From contig CAVTQQ010000001.1 in assembly GCA_963736865.1 (NCBI GenBank), positions 170,821 through 234,820 of the forward strand: 64,000 nucleotides of DNA, read 5' to 3'. The notes beneath the pieces were generated by a model, which saw only the letters and a list, made by a program, of their open reading frames with translations, ran no database searches and had not been told where the DNA came from. This DNA is from an uncultured beta proteobacterium (GTDB lineage Bacteria; Pseudomonadota; Gammaproteobacteria; Burkholderiales; Rhodocyclaceae). Position numbers and translations under genes: made by a program. Position 1 is the stretch's first letter, and each line of letters starts with the position of its first letter. This document shows, piece after piece, positions 24,911 through 34,866 of the stretch.

Positions 24911-26259
24911 GCGCGGGCCGTGGCATCGCCCTGACGGCGCATTGTTCGCCGGGCGGCATCATCGCCCACCGGCCCGACGGCGCGGTCACCGTTGCGCGGT
25001 TCCTCGCCGATGTCGGTCAGCTTGCCGCGCTGCTGCCGGCCGGTGACAGCATCCTCAACGTTTGCGAGGACCGCTACCGCTTCATGGTTGGTCTGGCCGC
25101 GGGGCTGGTGACCGGCAAGGTCAGCCTGCTGCCCGCTTCGCAGACACCGGAAACCGTGCGCCAGCTCAAGGCGTTTGCCGCCGACCTGTTCTGCTTGCAC
25201 GACGGAAAGGGCGACGCCATCGACCTGCCCCGGCTGCGCTTTCCCGAGCAGCCGGCACCGGTCGACGGCGGTGAACAGATCCCGGAGATCGCCACCGATA
25301 GCGTTGCGGTCTGCCTGTTCACCTCGGGTTCGACTGGTGCACCGTTGGCCCAGCGCAAGACCTGGGGCGCGCTGGTCAGCAACGGTCGCGCCGAAGCCGA
25401 ACGCCTGGGCTTCAACCTGGGCGGTGGCGGCCATGCCATCGTCGGCACGGTGCCGGCCCAGCACAGCTACGGTTTCGAGTCGACCATCCTGCTCAGCCTG
25501 CATGGCCGTTGCGCCGCCTGGGCAGGCCGGCCCTTCTACCCGGCGGACATCGCCGCCGCCCTGGCCGCCGTGCCCCGGCCGCGACTGCTGGTGACCACGC
25601 CTCTGCACCTGCGCGCCCTGCTCGATTCGGGGGTACCCGTGCCGGCGCTGGACATGATTCTCTCCGCCACCGCGCCGCTTGCCGAGTCTCTGGCGCGCGA
25701 GGCCGAGGCCCGGCTCGGGGCGCCGCTGCACGAGATCTACGGCTGCACTGAAGCCGGCCAACTGGCCAGCCGGCGCACCGCCGTCGAGTCGCGCTGGACG
25801 CTCTTTCCCGGCGTAAGGCTTGAGCAGCGGGACGGGACGACCACCGCTTCGGGCGGCCACGTCGAGGGACGCGTACCGCTCGCAGACAGGCTCGAACTGA
25901 ACGCCGACGGCGGTTTCCTCCTGCACGGCCGACACGCCGACATGATCAACATCGCCGGCAAGCGCAGCTCGCTCGCCTACCTCGATCACCAGCTCAACGC
26001 CATCGCCGGTATCGATGACGGTTGCTTCTTCATGCCCGATGACCCGGCGCCGGGCGGCACCACCCGGCTGTGCGCCTTCGTCGTGTCGCCGACGCTGACG
26101 CCGGATCAGGTGCTGGCGGCCTTGCGCGACCGCATCGATGCCGTCTTTCTGCCCCGGCCGCTGCTGATGGTCGGACGGTTGCCGCGCAACGCCACCGGCA
26201 AGCTGCCGCGTGGTGAGCTCCAGGCTCTGCTCGACAGCCGCCGCAAGGTGCGGCCGTGA
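24907..26259 (+). CDS. AMP-dependent synthetase/ligase (aryl or acyl starter-activating enzyme)
   Basis: The start is in an ATGA overlap. It has the adenylation motif LFTSGSTGAPL and a C-terminal GKLPRGEL. Confidence 0.85.
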   Translation: MSAGRGIALTAHCSPGGIIAHRPDGAVTVARFLADVGQLAALLPAGDSILNVCEDRYRFMVGLAAGLVTGKVSLLPASQTPETVRQLKAFAADLFCLHDGKGDAIDLPRLRFPEQPAPVDGGEQIPEIATDSVAVCLFTSGSTGAPLAQRKTWGALVSNGRAEAERLGFNLGGGGHAIVGTVPAQHSYGFESTILLSLHGRCAAWAGRPFYPADIAAALAAVPRPRLLVTTPLHLRALLDSGVPVPALDMILSATAPLAESLAREAEARLGAPLHEIYGCTEAGQLASRRTAVESRWTLFPGVRLEQRDGTTTASGGHVEGRVPLADRLELNADGGFLLHGRHADMINIAGKRSSLAYLDHQLNAIAGIDDGCFFMPDDPAPGGTTRLCAFVVSPTLTPDQVLAALRDRIDAVFLPRPLLMVGRLPRNATGKLPRGELQALLDSRRKVRP

Positions 26260-26567
26260 CCGGCGTGGCCCAGGTGACGTGGACCGTGCCGGTCGATCAT
26301 CCGGCGTTCACCGGCCACTTTCCGGGTCGCCCCATCGTTCCCGGCGTGGTCCTGCTCGACCGGGTGCTTGGCTTCATCGCGGCGGCGCTGGACCGGGAGA
26401 GCGCCGGCTGGAGCATCGCCAACGCCAAGTTCCTGAGTCCCGTCGGCCCGGGCGAAACGCTGATCTTCACCTGGCAGCCCCGGCCCAGCGGCGCCGTCGA
26501 GTTCGTCATTGCCAGCGCCGGCCGGCCGGTCGCTTCCGGCCTGCTGGCGGCGCCGGCCGCAACATGA
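26256..26567 (+). CDS. Hotdog-fold 3-hydroxyacyl-ACP dehydratase-like protein
   Basis: 103-aa ORF with the FabA/FabZ-like motif HPAFTGHFPGRPIVPGVVLLD. Confidence 0.75.
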   Translation: MTGVAQVTWTVPVDHPAFTGHFPGRPIVPGVVLLDRVLGFIAAALDRESAGWSIANAKFLSPVGPGETLIFTWQPRPSGAVEFVIASAGRPVASGLLAAPAAT

Positions 26568-27478
26568 CCTCGACCGGCGACGCCGCCTGGACCAAGCGGC
26601 CGGAGCGCAGCAATCTCGCCATTCTGCGGCTGATGGTCTGGATCTCGCTGCGCCTGGGCCGGCCGATCGGCCGCCTGGTGCTGTACGGTATCGCCGCCTA
26701 CTTCCTGGCTTTCGCGCCGGCGGCACGGCGGGCCAGCGGAGCCTACCTGCGCCGGGCGCTCGGCCGCGCGCCGACCGTGGCGGACCTCTACCGCCATGTA
26801 TTCAGCTTCGCCAGCACCGTCCATGACCGCGTCTACCTCCTCAACGAGCGTTTCGATCTGTTCGACATCGAAATCGTTGGCGAGGACGCTGATCCGCGCC
26901 GCCATGACCGGTGGCCAGGGTGTGCTGCTGATCGGCGCCCACCTGGGCAGCTTCGAGGTGATGCGCGCCCTGGGTCGGCGGCACACCGAGTCAAGCCATC
27001 AGCATGCTCATGTACGAAGAAAACGCGCGCAAGATCAACGCCACCCTGGCCGCCATCAACCCCGCCGCAACCCAGGACATCATTCCCCTCGGGCGCATGC
27101 GAGTCGATGCTGCTGGCCAAGGAGAAGATCGAGGCCGGCCATCTGGTCGGCATGCTTGCCGACCGTGGCCTGGGCAAGGATCCGGCGCGGGATTGCGATT
27201 TCCTCGGTGTGCCGGCACCCATCCCGACCGGCCCCTTCCGCGTCGCCGCCATGCTGCGCCGGCCGGTGCTGTTCATGACCGGTCTGTACCTGGGCGGCAA
27301 TCGCTACCGCATCCATTTCGAGCCCTTCGCCGACTTTTCCGCCGTCGAGCGCGGCAACCGCGACGCGGCCATTGCCGCCGCCCAGGAAGCCTACGCCGCG
27401 CGGCTGACGCACTACTGCCGCCTGGCGCCCTACAACTGGTTCAACTTCTTCGATTTCTGGCGGGGCGCGCAAGAGTGA
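26564..27478 (+). CDS. Lysophospholipid/LpxL-family acyltransferase; three frameshifts as sequenced (near 26889, 26990, 27095)
   Basis: N- and C-terminal thirds lie in frame 2. The middle pieces (LIRAAMTGGQGVLLIGAHLGSFEVMRALG with the H-x4-E motif, then SMLMYEENARKINATLAAINP) lie in frames 0 and 1. The net length is a multiple of 3. Confidence 0.75.
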   Translation: MTSTGDAAWTKRPERSNLAILRLMVWISLRLGRPIGRLVLYGIAAYFLAFAPAARRASGAYLRRALGRAPTVADLYRHVFSFASTVHDRVYLLNERFDLFDIEIVGEDADPRRHDRWPGCAADRRPPGQLRGDARPGSAAHRVKPSACSCTKKTRARSTPPWPPSTPPQPRTSFPSGACESMLLAKEKIEAGHLVGMLADRGLGKDPARDCDFLGVPAPIPTGPFRVAAMLRRPVLFMTGLYLGGNRYRIHFEPFADFSAVERGNRDAAIAAAQEAYAARLTHYCRLAPYNWFNFFDFWRGAQE

Positions 27479-28035
27479 AACAGGGCCTCGCGTTGCTGCT
27501 GCTGGCCATTGCCCTGCCCGCCGCCGCCTGGGACATCGACACGCTGATGCGCGACCTGGCCCGCCATCGGGGCGGCCATGCCCGCTTCGTCGAAAAGAAG
27601 ACCATCGCCCTGCTCGACAAGCCGGTCGCCTCGTCCGGCGAGTTGCTCTACGCGCCGCCGGCCCGGCTGGAGAAGCGCACCCTGCTGCCCAAGCCGGAGT
27701 TGCTGCTGCTCGACGGCGACACCCTGACGCTCGAGCGCGGCAAGCGGAAGTTCACCGTCCGCCTCGCGCAGCAACCCGAGGCGCTGGCCTTCGTCGACAG
27801 CCTGCGCGGCACCCTGAACGGCGACAAGGCGGCGCTCGAAAGGAGTTACAAGCTGCGCCTGTCCGGCACCGAGCAGCGCTGGACGCTCGACCTGCTGCCC
27901 GACGACCAGCGCATCGCAAGCTTTGTCGTGCGCATCACCATCGGCGGTTCGCGCAACCAGGTCGAGTGGATCCAGTACCTCCAGGCCGATGGCGATCGTT
28001 CGGTGATGACCATCGAGCCACTGGAAAACAAATGA
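27475..28035 (+). CDS. LolA-like outer-membrane lipoprotein carrier family protein
   Basis: The GTG start is in a GTGA overlap. There is a signal peptide (LALLLLAIALPAAA) and a roughly 165-aa beta-rich domain. Position directly before the MMPL gene matches aryl-polyene clusters. Confidence 0.7.
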   Translation: MKQGLALLLLAIALPAAAWDIDTLMRDLARHRGGHARFVEKKTIALLDKPVASSGELLYAPPARLEKRTLLPKPELLLLDGDTLTLERGKRKFTVRLAQQPEALAFVDSLRGTLNGDKAALERSYKLRLSGTEQRWTLDLLPDDQRIASFVVRITIGGSRNQVEWIQYLQADGDRSVMTIEPLENK

Positions 28036-30390
28036 GCCGCACCGGTGGCCGTGCGGTACTTGTGTGGCTGCTGGCACTGGTGGCCTGTGCGGCCGTTGTT
28101 GGACGCAGTCACTTCACCGCCGACATGTCGGCCTTCCTGCCGAAGCATCCCAGCGCCGAGCAGCAACTGCTGGTCGAGCAGCTCAAGGACGGCAGTCTGT
28201 CGCGTCTGCTCCTGATCGGCATCGAAGGTGCCAACAGCGCCGGTCGGGCACGGTTGTCGAAGGAGCTGGCCGCGCACCTGGCGGCCAACGGCGATTTCGC
28301 CTCGGTACGCAACGGTGACGCGGCGGCGTTGGCCCGTGACCGCGAGATCCTCTTCGGCTACCGCTATCTGCTCAGCCCGGCCGTCAATGCCCGAGCGATT
28401 TACCGAGGCCGGCCTGCGGCAGGCGATCGGCGACAGCATCGACCTGCTCGCCTCGCCGGCCGGGCTGATGATCAAGGGTTTGCTGGCGCGCGATCCGACC
28501 GGCGAAATGATGGAACTGCTCGGTACGCTCGATGCCGTCGGTAGTCCGAATACCGATGGTGAGCATGGCGTCTGGGTTTCGCGCGACGGCCGGCGCGCCC
28601 TGTTGATGGCGCAGATCGCCGCCTCCGGTTCGGATACCGATGGCCAGGAAAAGGCGCTGGCCAGCCTGCGGGGCGCTTTTGCGGTGGCCGAGGCGGCGAG
28701 TGGCTTGCGCGATGCCCGCCTGCTGGTTTCCGGCACGCCGGTCTTTTCAGTCGATACCCGCGCCACCATCCGGTCCGAGGTCGAGCGGCTGGCCATCATC
28801 GGCGCGGCCGCCATCGTCGTCCTGCTCCTGCTGGTCTATCGCTCCGTCACGGCGCTGGCACTTGGCCTGCTGCCGGTCCTCTCGGGCGCGCTGGCCGGCA
28901 TCGCCGCCGTCAGCCTTGGCTTCGGCAGCGTCCATGGCCTGACCATCGGATTCGGCACCACGCTGATCGGCGAGGCGGTCGACTACAGCATCTACTACTT
29001 CGTCCAGTCGCGATCCCGCCAGCGTTCAGATCAGGGTTGGCTGACGGCCTTCTGGCCAACCATCCGACTCGGCCTGCTGACCTCCCTATGTGGCTTCGCC
29101 TCGCTGTTGTTCTCGGGTTTCCCCGGCCTGGCACAACTCGGTCTGTACTCAATCGCCGGCCTGCTCGCCGCCGCCATGGTGACGCGCTTCGTGTTGCCGC
29201 ACCTGGGTCCGGCGCAGCTATGCATTCACGACACCAGCGCCCTCGGCCATCGCCTGGCGCACTGGCTGGCCAAGGCAGGACGGCTGCGCTGGACGGTGTG
29301 GGCGCTCACGGCCATCGCCATCGTCGTCCTGGTCGCGCAGCGCGATCGGCTGTGGACCGCCGGTCTGGCCGACCTCAGCCCCATGCCGCCGGGTGCGCTG
29401 GCCCTCAACGAATCCTTGCGCAACGACCTGGGCGCACCCGACCAGCGCTATCTGGTCGTGGTCGCCGCCGGGGAGCGCGAAGGGACACTGCGAGCCGCCG
29501 AGCAGGTCGCCAGCCGCCTGCCGGTGCTGGTTGACCAGGGTGTCATCGCCGGCTTCGAAACCCCGACGCGCTTTCTGCCCAGCGAGGCGACCCAGCGGGC
29601 GCGCCAGGCGGCGCTGCCCGGCCCTAGCGAGCTGGCGGCGCGCCTGCCACCGGCACTGGCGGAATTGCCATTGCGGCCGGACAAACTGGAGCCCTTCCTG
29701 GACGACATCGCGGCGGCGGCGCGGTTGCCCTTGCTGACCCCGGAGAGCTTGGCCGGCAGCACCCTCGGCCTGGCGGTCGAGGCCATGCTGCTCCAGCGAC
29801 AAACCGGCTGGGCGGCACTGCTGCCGCTGCACGCGCCGACCACCGGTCCCAACGCCTACCGCATCGAGCCGGCGGCCCTGCAACGGCTGCTGGCGGACGC
29901 GGGCCAACCCGGCGCCCTGTTCGTCGATCTGGTGGGCGAATCCAATCGCCTCTACGCTGACTATCTCGACGAGGCCATCCGGTACTCGCTGGCCGGTTTG
30001 CTGGCGATCGTTGTCCTGCTCGCCGTCACGCTGCGGTCGGCCGCGCGGCTTGGGCGGGTGCTGGCGCCGCTGCTGGCGGCCGTGCTGCTGGTCATCGCCG
30101 GCCTGGCGCTGGCCGGCGAGCGGCTGACGCTGTTGCATCTGGTCGGCCTGCTCCTGATCGTCGCCGTCGGCTCCAACTACGCGCTGTTCTTCGACCGCGC
30201 CGGTCAGCGCATCGAACCGCAAACGCTGGCTTCCCTTGTGATCGCCAATGCCACCACGGTGCTCGGCTTCGGCGTGCTGGCCTTCTCGCAATTGCCGGTG
30301 CTGCACGCCATCGGCGTCACCGTCGGCCCCGGCGCCGTGCTGGCGTTGTTGTTCTCCGCACTGCTTGCCGGCGGGGAGGGACGAGCGTGA
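28032..30390 (+). CDS. MMPL/RND-superfamily exporter; one frameshift near 28390 as sequenced
   Basis: ATGA overlap start. It has two six-TM bundles with large periplasmic loops. The N-terminal 118 aa lie in ORF 27966..28544 and the rest in ORF 28228..30390. Confidence 0.85.
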
Positions 30391-31199
30391 GCGATCACTG
30401 GCATCCGTCCCCGACCCTGCGGGCCAGCTTCGCGCTGCATGCGCTGGCCGGCGCCACCGTGCTGTTTGCGCCCGGCTTGTGGCCGCAGGCACTGGCCGCC
30501 ATCGTCGCCAATCATGGTTTGCTCACCGCCGCCGGGCTGTGGCCGAGGAGCCAACTGCTCGGCGCCAACCTTACCCGTCTGCCGCCGTCCGCCGCGGCCA
30601 GAAACGAAATCGCCCTGACCATCGACGACGGCCCCGATGCCGAGATCACGCCGCGCGTGCTCGACCTGCTCGACGCGGCAGGCGCCAAGGCGAGTTTCTT
30701 CTGCATCGGCGCGCAGGTGGCGCGGTATCCCGCCCTGGCTCGAGACATGGTGGCGCGCGGACATGCCGTCGAGAACCACAGCCAGCATCACCTCAAGCTG
30801 TTCGCGGCGCTCGGTCCCCGGCGCATGACGCACGAAATCGCCGCCGCGCAGGAGAACATCGCCGCCGCCGTTGGCCGTGCGCCGAGCTTCTTCCGCCCTA
30901 CCGCCGGTCTGCGCAATCCTTTTCTCGATCCGATCCTGGCCCGCCTCGAGCTGCGACTCGCCACCTGGACGCGCCGGCCCTTCGATACCCGCTGCGGCGA
31001 TGCCGCCACCGTGCACGCCCGCTTGGTGCGCGATCTCGCCGCCGGCGACATCCTGCTGATGCATGATGGCCATGCCGCGCCAACGGCGGCCGGCGTGCCG
31101 GTGATACTCGAAGCCCTGCCCCGGGTGCTGGCGACGCTGCGGCAAGCCGGCCTCCATTCCGTTACGCTTTCCCGCGCCATCGACAGCGCATCGCCGTGA
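30387..31199 (+). CDS. Polysaccharide deacetylase (NodB-homology) family protein
   Basis: 270-aa ORF with LTIDDGPD and HSQHH metal-binding motifs. Confidence 0.85.
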   Translation: MSDHWHPSPTLRASFALHALAGATVLFAPGLWPQALAAIVANHGLLTAAGLWPRSQLLGANLTRLPPSAAARNEIALTIDDGPDAEITPRVLDLLDAAGAKASFFCIGAQVARYPALARDMVARGHAVENHSQHHLKLFAALGPRRMTHEIAAAQENIAAAVGRAPSFFRPTAGLRNPFLDPILARLELRLATWTRRPFDTRCGDAATVHARLVRDLAAGDILLMHDGHAAPTAAGVPVILEALPRVLATLRQAGLHSVTLSRAIDSASP

Positions 31200-31924
31200 C
31201 CGACCGATTCCTCGCCAGGCTGCTCGACGAGGCCAGCCGACCTTTCCGCGCCGCCGGCCACTTTGCCTACCACTTCTCGCGCGGCAAGCTCGGCGGCGAC
31301 TGTATCTTCCGCGAACTGCTGCGGCAGGGCGTCTTCCCGCCCGCTGCCCGTTTCCTCGACCTTGGCTGCGGTCAGGCCGTGTTCGCCTCGTGGCTGCTGG
31401 CGGCGCGCCGCCTTTACGAGCGGAACGACTGGCCGGCCGAATGGCCGCAACCACCACAGGTGCTGGAATTGCGCGGCCTTGAACTGATGGCCAGCGATGT
31501 GGCCCGTGCCAACGCCGCCCTCGGTGACCGGCAGCCACAAATCGTCATCCGCCAGGGTGATATCTGCGCGACCGACTTCGGTCAGGCCGACGTGGTCGCC
31601 ATCCTCGACGTGCTTCATTACATCGATTACGCCAGCCAGGAAGACATCCTGCGCCGCGTGAGCGCCGCGCTCGTACCGGGCGGCCTGCTGGTGACGCGGG
31701 TCGGCGACGCCGACGGCGGCCTCCCCTACCACTTCTGCAACTGGGTGGACCGGGCCGTCACCTTCGTGCGCGGCCATCGCCTGCCGACGCTTTACTGCCG
31801 CCGCCTCGCTGATTGGCTCGGCCTGCTTCAGGAACTGGGTTTCACCGTGACAACGATGCCGATGAGCGAGGGCAAGCCGTTCGCCAACGTGATGTTGATT
31901 GCGCGGGTTCCCGGTCGGAATTGA
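31196..31924 (+). CDS. Class I SAM-dependent methyltransferase
   Basis: 242-aa ORF with motif I FLDLGCGQAVF and a post-I acidic residue. Confidence 0.8.
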   Translation: MTDRFLARLLDEASRPFRAAGHFAYHFSRGKLGGDCIFRELLRQGVFPPAARFLDLGCGQAVFASWLLAARRLYERNDWPAEWPQPPQVLELRGLELMASDVARANAALGDRQPQIVIRQGDICATDFGQADVVAILDVLHYIDYASQEDILRRVSAALVPGGLLVTRVGDADGGLPYHFCNWVDRAVTFVRGHRLPTLYCRRLADWLGLLQELGFTVTTMPMSEGKPFANVMLIARVPGRN

Positions 31925-31928
31925 CTCG

Positions 31929-32330
31929 ATGAGCGGGCTGAGCGACGACCTCCTGCTGTTTGTCGCCGGCTCGGCGATCATCGCCTGGCTCTCCCGCAAG
32001 CCCCTGCGCCACCCGGGAAGCCACGGCTTCTACCGCTTCTTCGTTTGGGAGGGCATCCTGGCGCTGGTCGTGATGAACCGAAACTCATGGGGGATGGATC
32101 CCTACTCGGTTCACCAACTGGTTTCCTGGCCATTGCTCGGTGGCAGCGTCGCACTCGTCGTGTTGGGCATCGTCGGGCTAACCAGACAAGGCAGACCGGC
32201 GAGTGAGCGCGCTGGCGGCGCGCTCTACGAATGGGAGAAGACCACGGTTCTGGTAACTACCGGGATCTTCGCGCATATCCGCCATCCGATGTACGCGTCC
32301 CTACTGGCCTTGACCTGGGGCGCCTTCTAA
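31929..32330 (+). pseudogene. ICMT/PEMT-family membrane methyltransferase, apparently truncated at the C-terminus
   Basis: It has TM helices and the conserved GIFAHIRHPMYASLL motif. The ORF stops 12 aa later (TWGAF stop), before the R-x-EE region normally present. The sequence downstream turns AT-rich immediately. Confidence 0.55.
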
Positions 32331-32440
32331 GGCAGGCCGAGAGGTGAGTGGCAACAGCGGCGGCGAAGGGCAAATTCATACATAAGCTCAATGAATTAGG
32401 ACATTCGAGCATTGAAATATAAGTGCCGACTGATTCTGTA

Positions 32441-32458
32441 TATTAGCCATGGCTAATA
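32441..32458. promoter_or_regulatory. Perfect 18-bp palindrome TATTAGCCATGGCTAATA (candidate operator)
   Basis: Read directly from the sequence. It lies in an AT-rich spacer 133 nt upstream of the ATG at 32591. Confidence 0.5.
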
Positions 32459-32467
32459 ATCAATTTC

Positions 32468-32504
32468 CGATTTCAGCAGTGGCTGCTTCAGGATCCTGAA
32501 ATCG
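32468..32504. repeat. 9-bp inverted repeat CGATTTCAG-N19-CTGAAATCG
   Basis: Read directly from the sequence. It lies between the 18-bp palindrome and the downstream gene. Confidence 0.5.
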
Positions 32505-32590
32505 CCATGCCGGAAGGCCATTCATCCGGACGCCACGTCGCGACGTCGTTTGGGCCGGTATTGACTGACTATTTCAAGAGGACGCCGAAT

Positions 32591-33538
32591 ATGCGCAAGA
32601 AAGCCGCCGGAAATGCCGAGCAAGCGATCGATGCCGTCGCCACCGCCGAACCGATGAAGACCAGTGCGCCCGCCAAGTCTCTCCGCGTCAAGGCGACGAA
32701 GGTGACCAAGGCGGCTGCTCCAAGCCCGACCGCCAAGCCCGCCAAGCGGTCGGACCCCCCCCGGATTTCGCTGGCCGCTTTGGCCATGGGCACGGCCGCT
32801 GTTCCGGCGGCGGAAGAATCGCCGGTCGCCAACAAGGTCCGACCTGCCAAAGTCGGCAAGGTCGCCCCGGCCGCCAAATCAGCCGAGCCCGCCGCCAGAG
32901 TGGCCAAGCTAGCCAAAGTGAGCAAGACCGCCAAGCCGGTCAAATCGGCCAAATCGGTTAAGGCGGCCAAGGTGGCCAAGGTGGCACAGGCGGGGATGGG
33001 CGCGGATGTTGCGGCTGGAACCAAGAGACCGATCAAGGGCATCCGGCTGGCGTCGAGCCTGGCTGGCCTGGCGAATGCCAACCCCACGCCCTTCGTCGAG
33101 GAGGCGCAGGAAGTGCCCGTGCCCGAGGTGGTCCTCTCGGTGCCGCCGATCACCATGCCGGATCCCGCGCTGGAAATCCGTCTGGCTGTCCCGCCGGAGG
33201 TCATGCCGCCCCCGATTCTGGCCGCCGCGCCGCCCCGCCCGCAACAGCCGCGCCGCTGGCTGATGCCGGGTCTGGCCCTGCTGGCAATTGCCCTGGCGGG
33301 CTTGGTTATCACGCAATTGGACGCGCCGGACGACGATGCGCAGGCGCCGTTTGCCGCGCAAACTCCCGCGCAAACCCCCGCGATGGCCACCGCCAATGGC
33401 GGGCCCGTAGCTTATGGCCCGGGTCCTTACCGTCCGGCGGCCTATCGCTCCCACCCCGGCCCGGACCATAGCGGTCAGTACATCGACAACGAAGGCCGGG
33501 CCTACGGCCGCTACAGCCGACATTCCACGCACTGGTAG
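32591..33538 (+). CDS. Ala/Lys/Pro-rich (histone-H1-like tail) single-pass membrane protein, function unknown
   Basis: ATG 32591 has an AGAGGA RBS. The N-terminal roughly 190 aa is rich in AK(x)AK repeats (AKLAKVSKTAKPVKSAKSVKAAKVAKVAQ). One TM helix (WLMPGLALLAIALAGLVITQL) is followed by a Pro/Gly/Tyr-rich tail. Confidence 0.6.
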   Translation: MRKKAAGNAEQAIDAVATAEPMKTSAPAKSLRVKATKVTKAAAPSPTAKPAKRSDPPRISLAALAMGTAAVPAAEESPVANKVRPAKVGKVAPAAKSAEPAARVAKLAKVSKTAKPVKSAKSVKAAKVAKVAQAGMGADVAAGTKRPIKGIRLASSLAGLANANPTPFVEEAQEVPVPEVVLSVPPITMPDPALEIRLAVPPEVMPPPILAAAPPRPQQPRRWLMPGLALLAIALAGLVITQLDAPDDDAQAPFAAQTPAQTPAMATANGGPVAYGPGPYRPAAYRSHPGPDHSGQYIDNEGRAYGRYSRHSTHW

Positions 33539-33671
33539 TCGCAACTGGCTGGGTGGCCCGACCCAATCGGCTGTGCCGGATTTTGATTAGGCCGTTGGCA
33601 CGCCCCTTCCGAAGCGGCCGATCGCCTGCCACCGTCTGATAAACTGGCCCATCCCCAGCGCTGGCCAGATT

Positions 33672-34866
33672 GTGACGCCCCTCCACCTTGCCCATTTCAC
33701 CGCCACCACGTGCCTCGGCCGTGGTCTGGCACCGATGCGCTCGGCCCTGAAAATCGGTGCGAGCGGCCTCAAGCCCTGCGACTTCGAGACGGTGGCGTTG
33801 GACACCTGGATCGGGGAGGTGCCTGGCGTTCAACGCAGCTCCGCTGCCGACCCCCCTGGCGCAACATGACTGTCGCAACAACCGGCTGGCCCGGATCGGG
33901 CTGGAAACCGACGGCTTTGCCGATGCCGTGCGCGAGCGCATCGGCGGTCTCGGCAGGCGCCGTATCGGCGTCATCCTCGGCACCAGCACCGCCGGCATGC
34001 TGGAGACCGAGCTGGCCTACCGTCGCCGCGACCCGCAAACGGGCGCGCTGCCGGCGGATTACCGCTACCGGACGACGCACAACACCTATTCCGTGGCCGG
34101 CTTCGTGCGCGACTACTTCGGGCTGGAGGGGCCGGCCGTGGTGGTATCCACCGCCTGCTCCTCGTCGGCCAAGGTCTTCGCCGCCGCCGCGCGCATGATC
34201 GCCTGTGGTCTCATTGACGCCGCGCTGGTCGGCGGCGTCGATTCGCTTTGCCTCACCACGCTCTACGGCTTCAGCTCGCTCGAACTCACCGCGCCACAGC
34301 CTTGCCGGCCCTACGATGTCGCGCGCCACGGCATCTCGGTCGGCGAAGGGGCCGCCTTCGCGCTGCTGCAACCGACGCCTGGCTCGCTCGATACCGACGC
34401 CGTGCTGCTGCTTGGCGCCGGTGAATCGAGCGATGCCTACCACATGTCATCGCCGCATCCGGAGGGCCTGGGCGCCCGGTTGGCGATTGAAGCGGCATTG
34501 CGCGGGGCGGGTCTCGACGCCGGCGACATCGACTACATCAATCTGCACGGCACGGCGACGCCCAGCAACGACGCGGCCGAGGGCCGTGCCGTGGCGGCGC
34601 TGTTCGGTGATCGTGTGCCGTGCAGCTCGACCAAGGGCGCCACCGGCCATACGCTGGGCGCGGCTGGCGCCGTCGAGGCGGTCATCGGCGCGCTGGCCCT
34701 GCGCCATGGCTTCATGCCGGCCAGCGCCAACACCGCGGAGCTCGACCCGGCCATTCCGCTCGACTACCTGCTGGCGACACGAGTGGGCCGAGTCCACCGT
34801 GTTCTGTCCAACTCCTTCGGCTTCGGCGGCAGCAATTGCAGCCTCGTCCTGGGGCGGGCCGAATGA
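33672..34866 (+). CDS. Beta-ketoacyl-ACP synthase (cluster KS 2); one frameshift near 33820 as sequenced
   Basis: GTG start. The N-terminal 50 aa lie in ORF 33672..33869 and the rest in ORF 33757..34866. It has the active-site Cys (VVSTACSSSAKV) and His residues (NLHGTATPSND; KGATGHTLGAAG). Confidence 0.88.

Noticed and set aside
33596-33610. A sigma-54-like element, TGGCACGCCCCTTCC, 62 nt upstream of the second KS gene.
   Set aside because: The -24 half is perfect, but the near-invariant GC of the -12 element is replaced by CC. I cannot support it as a promoter without experimental or comparative evidence.
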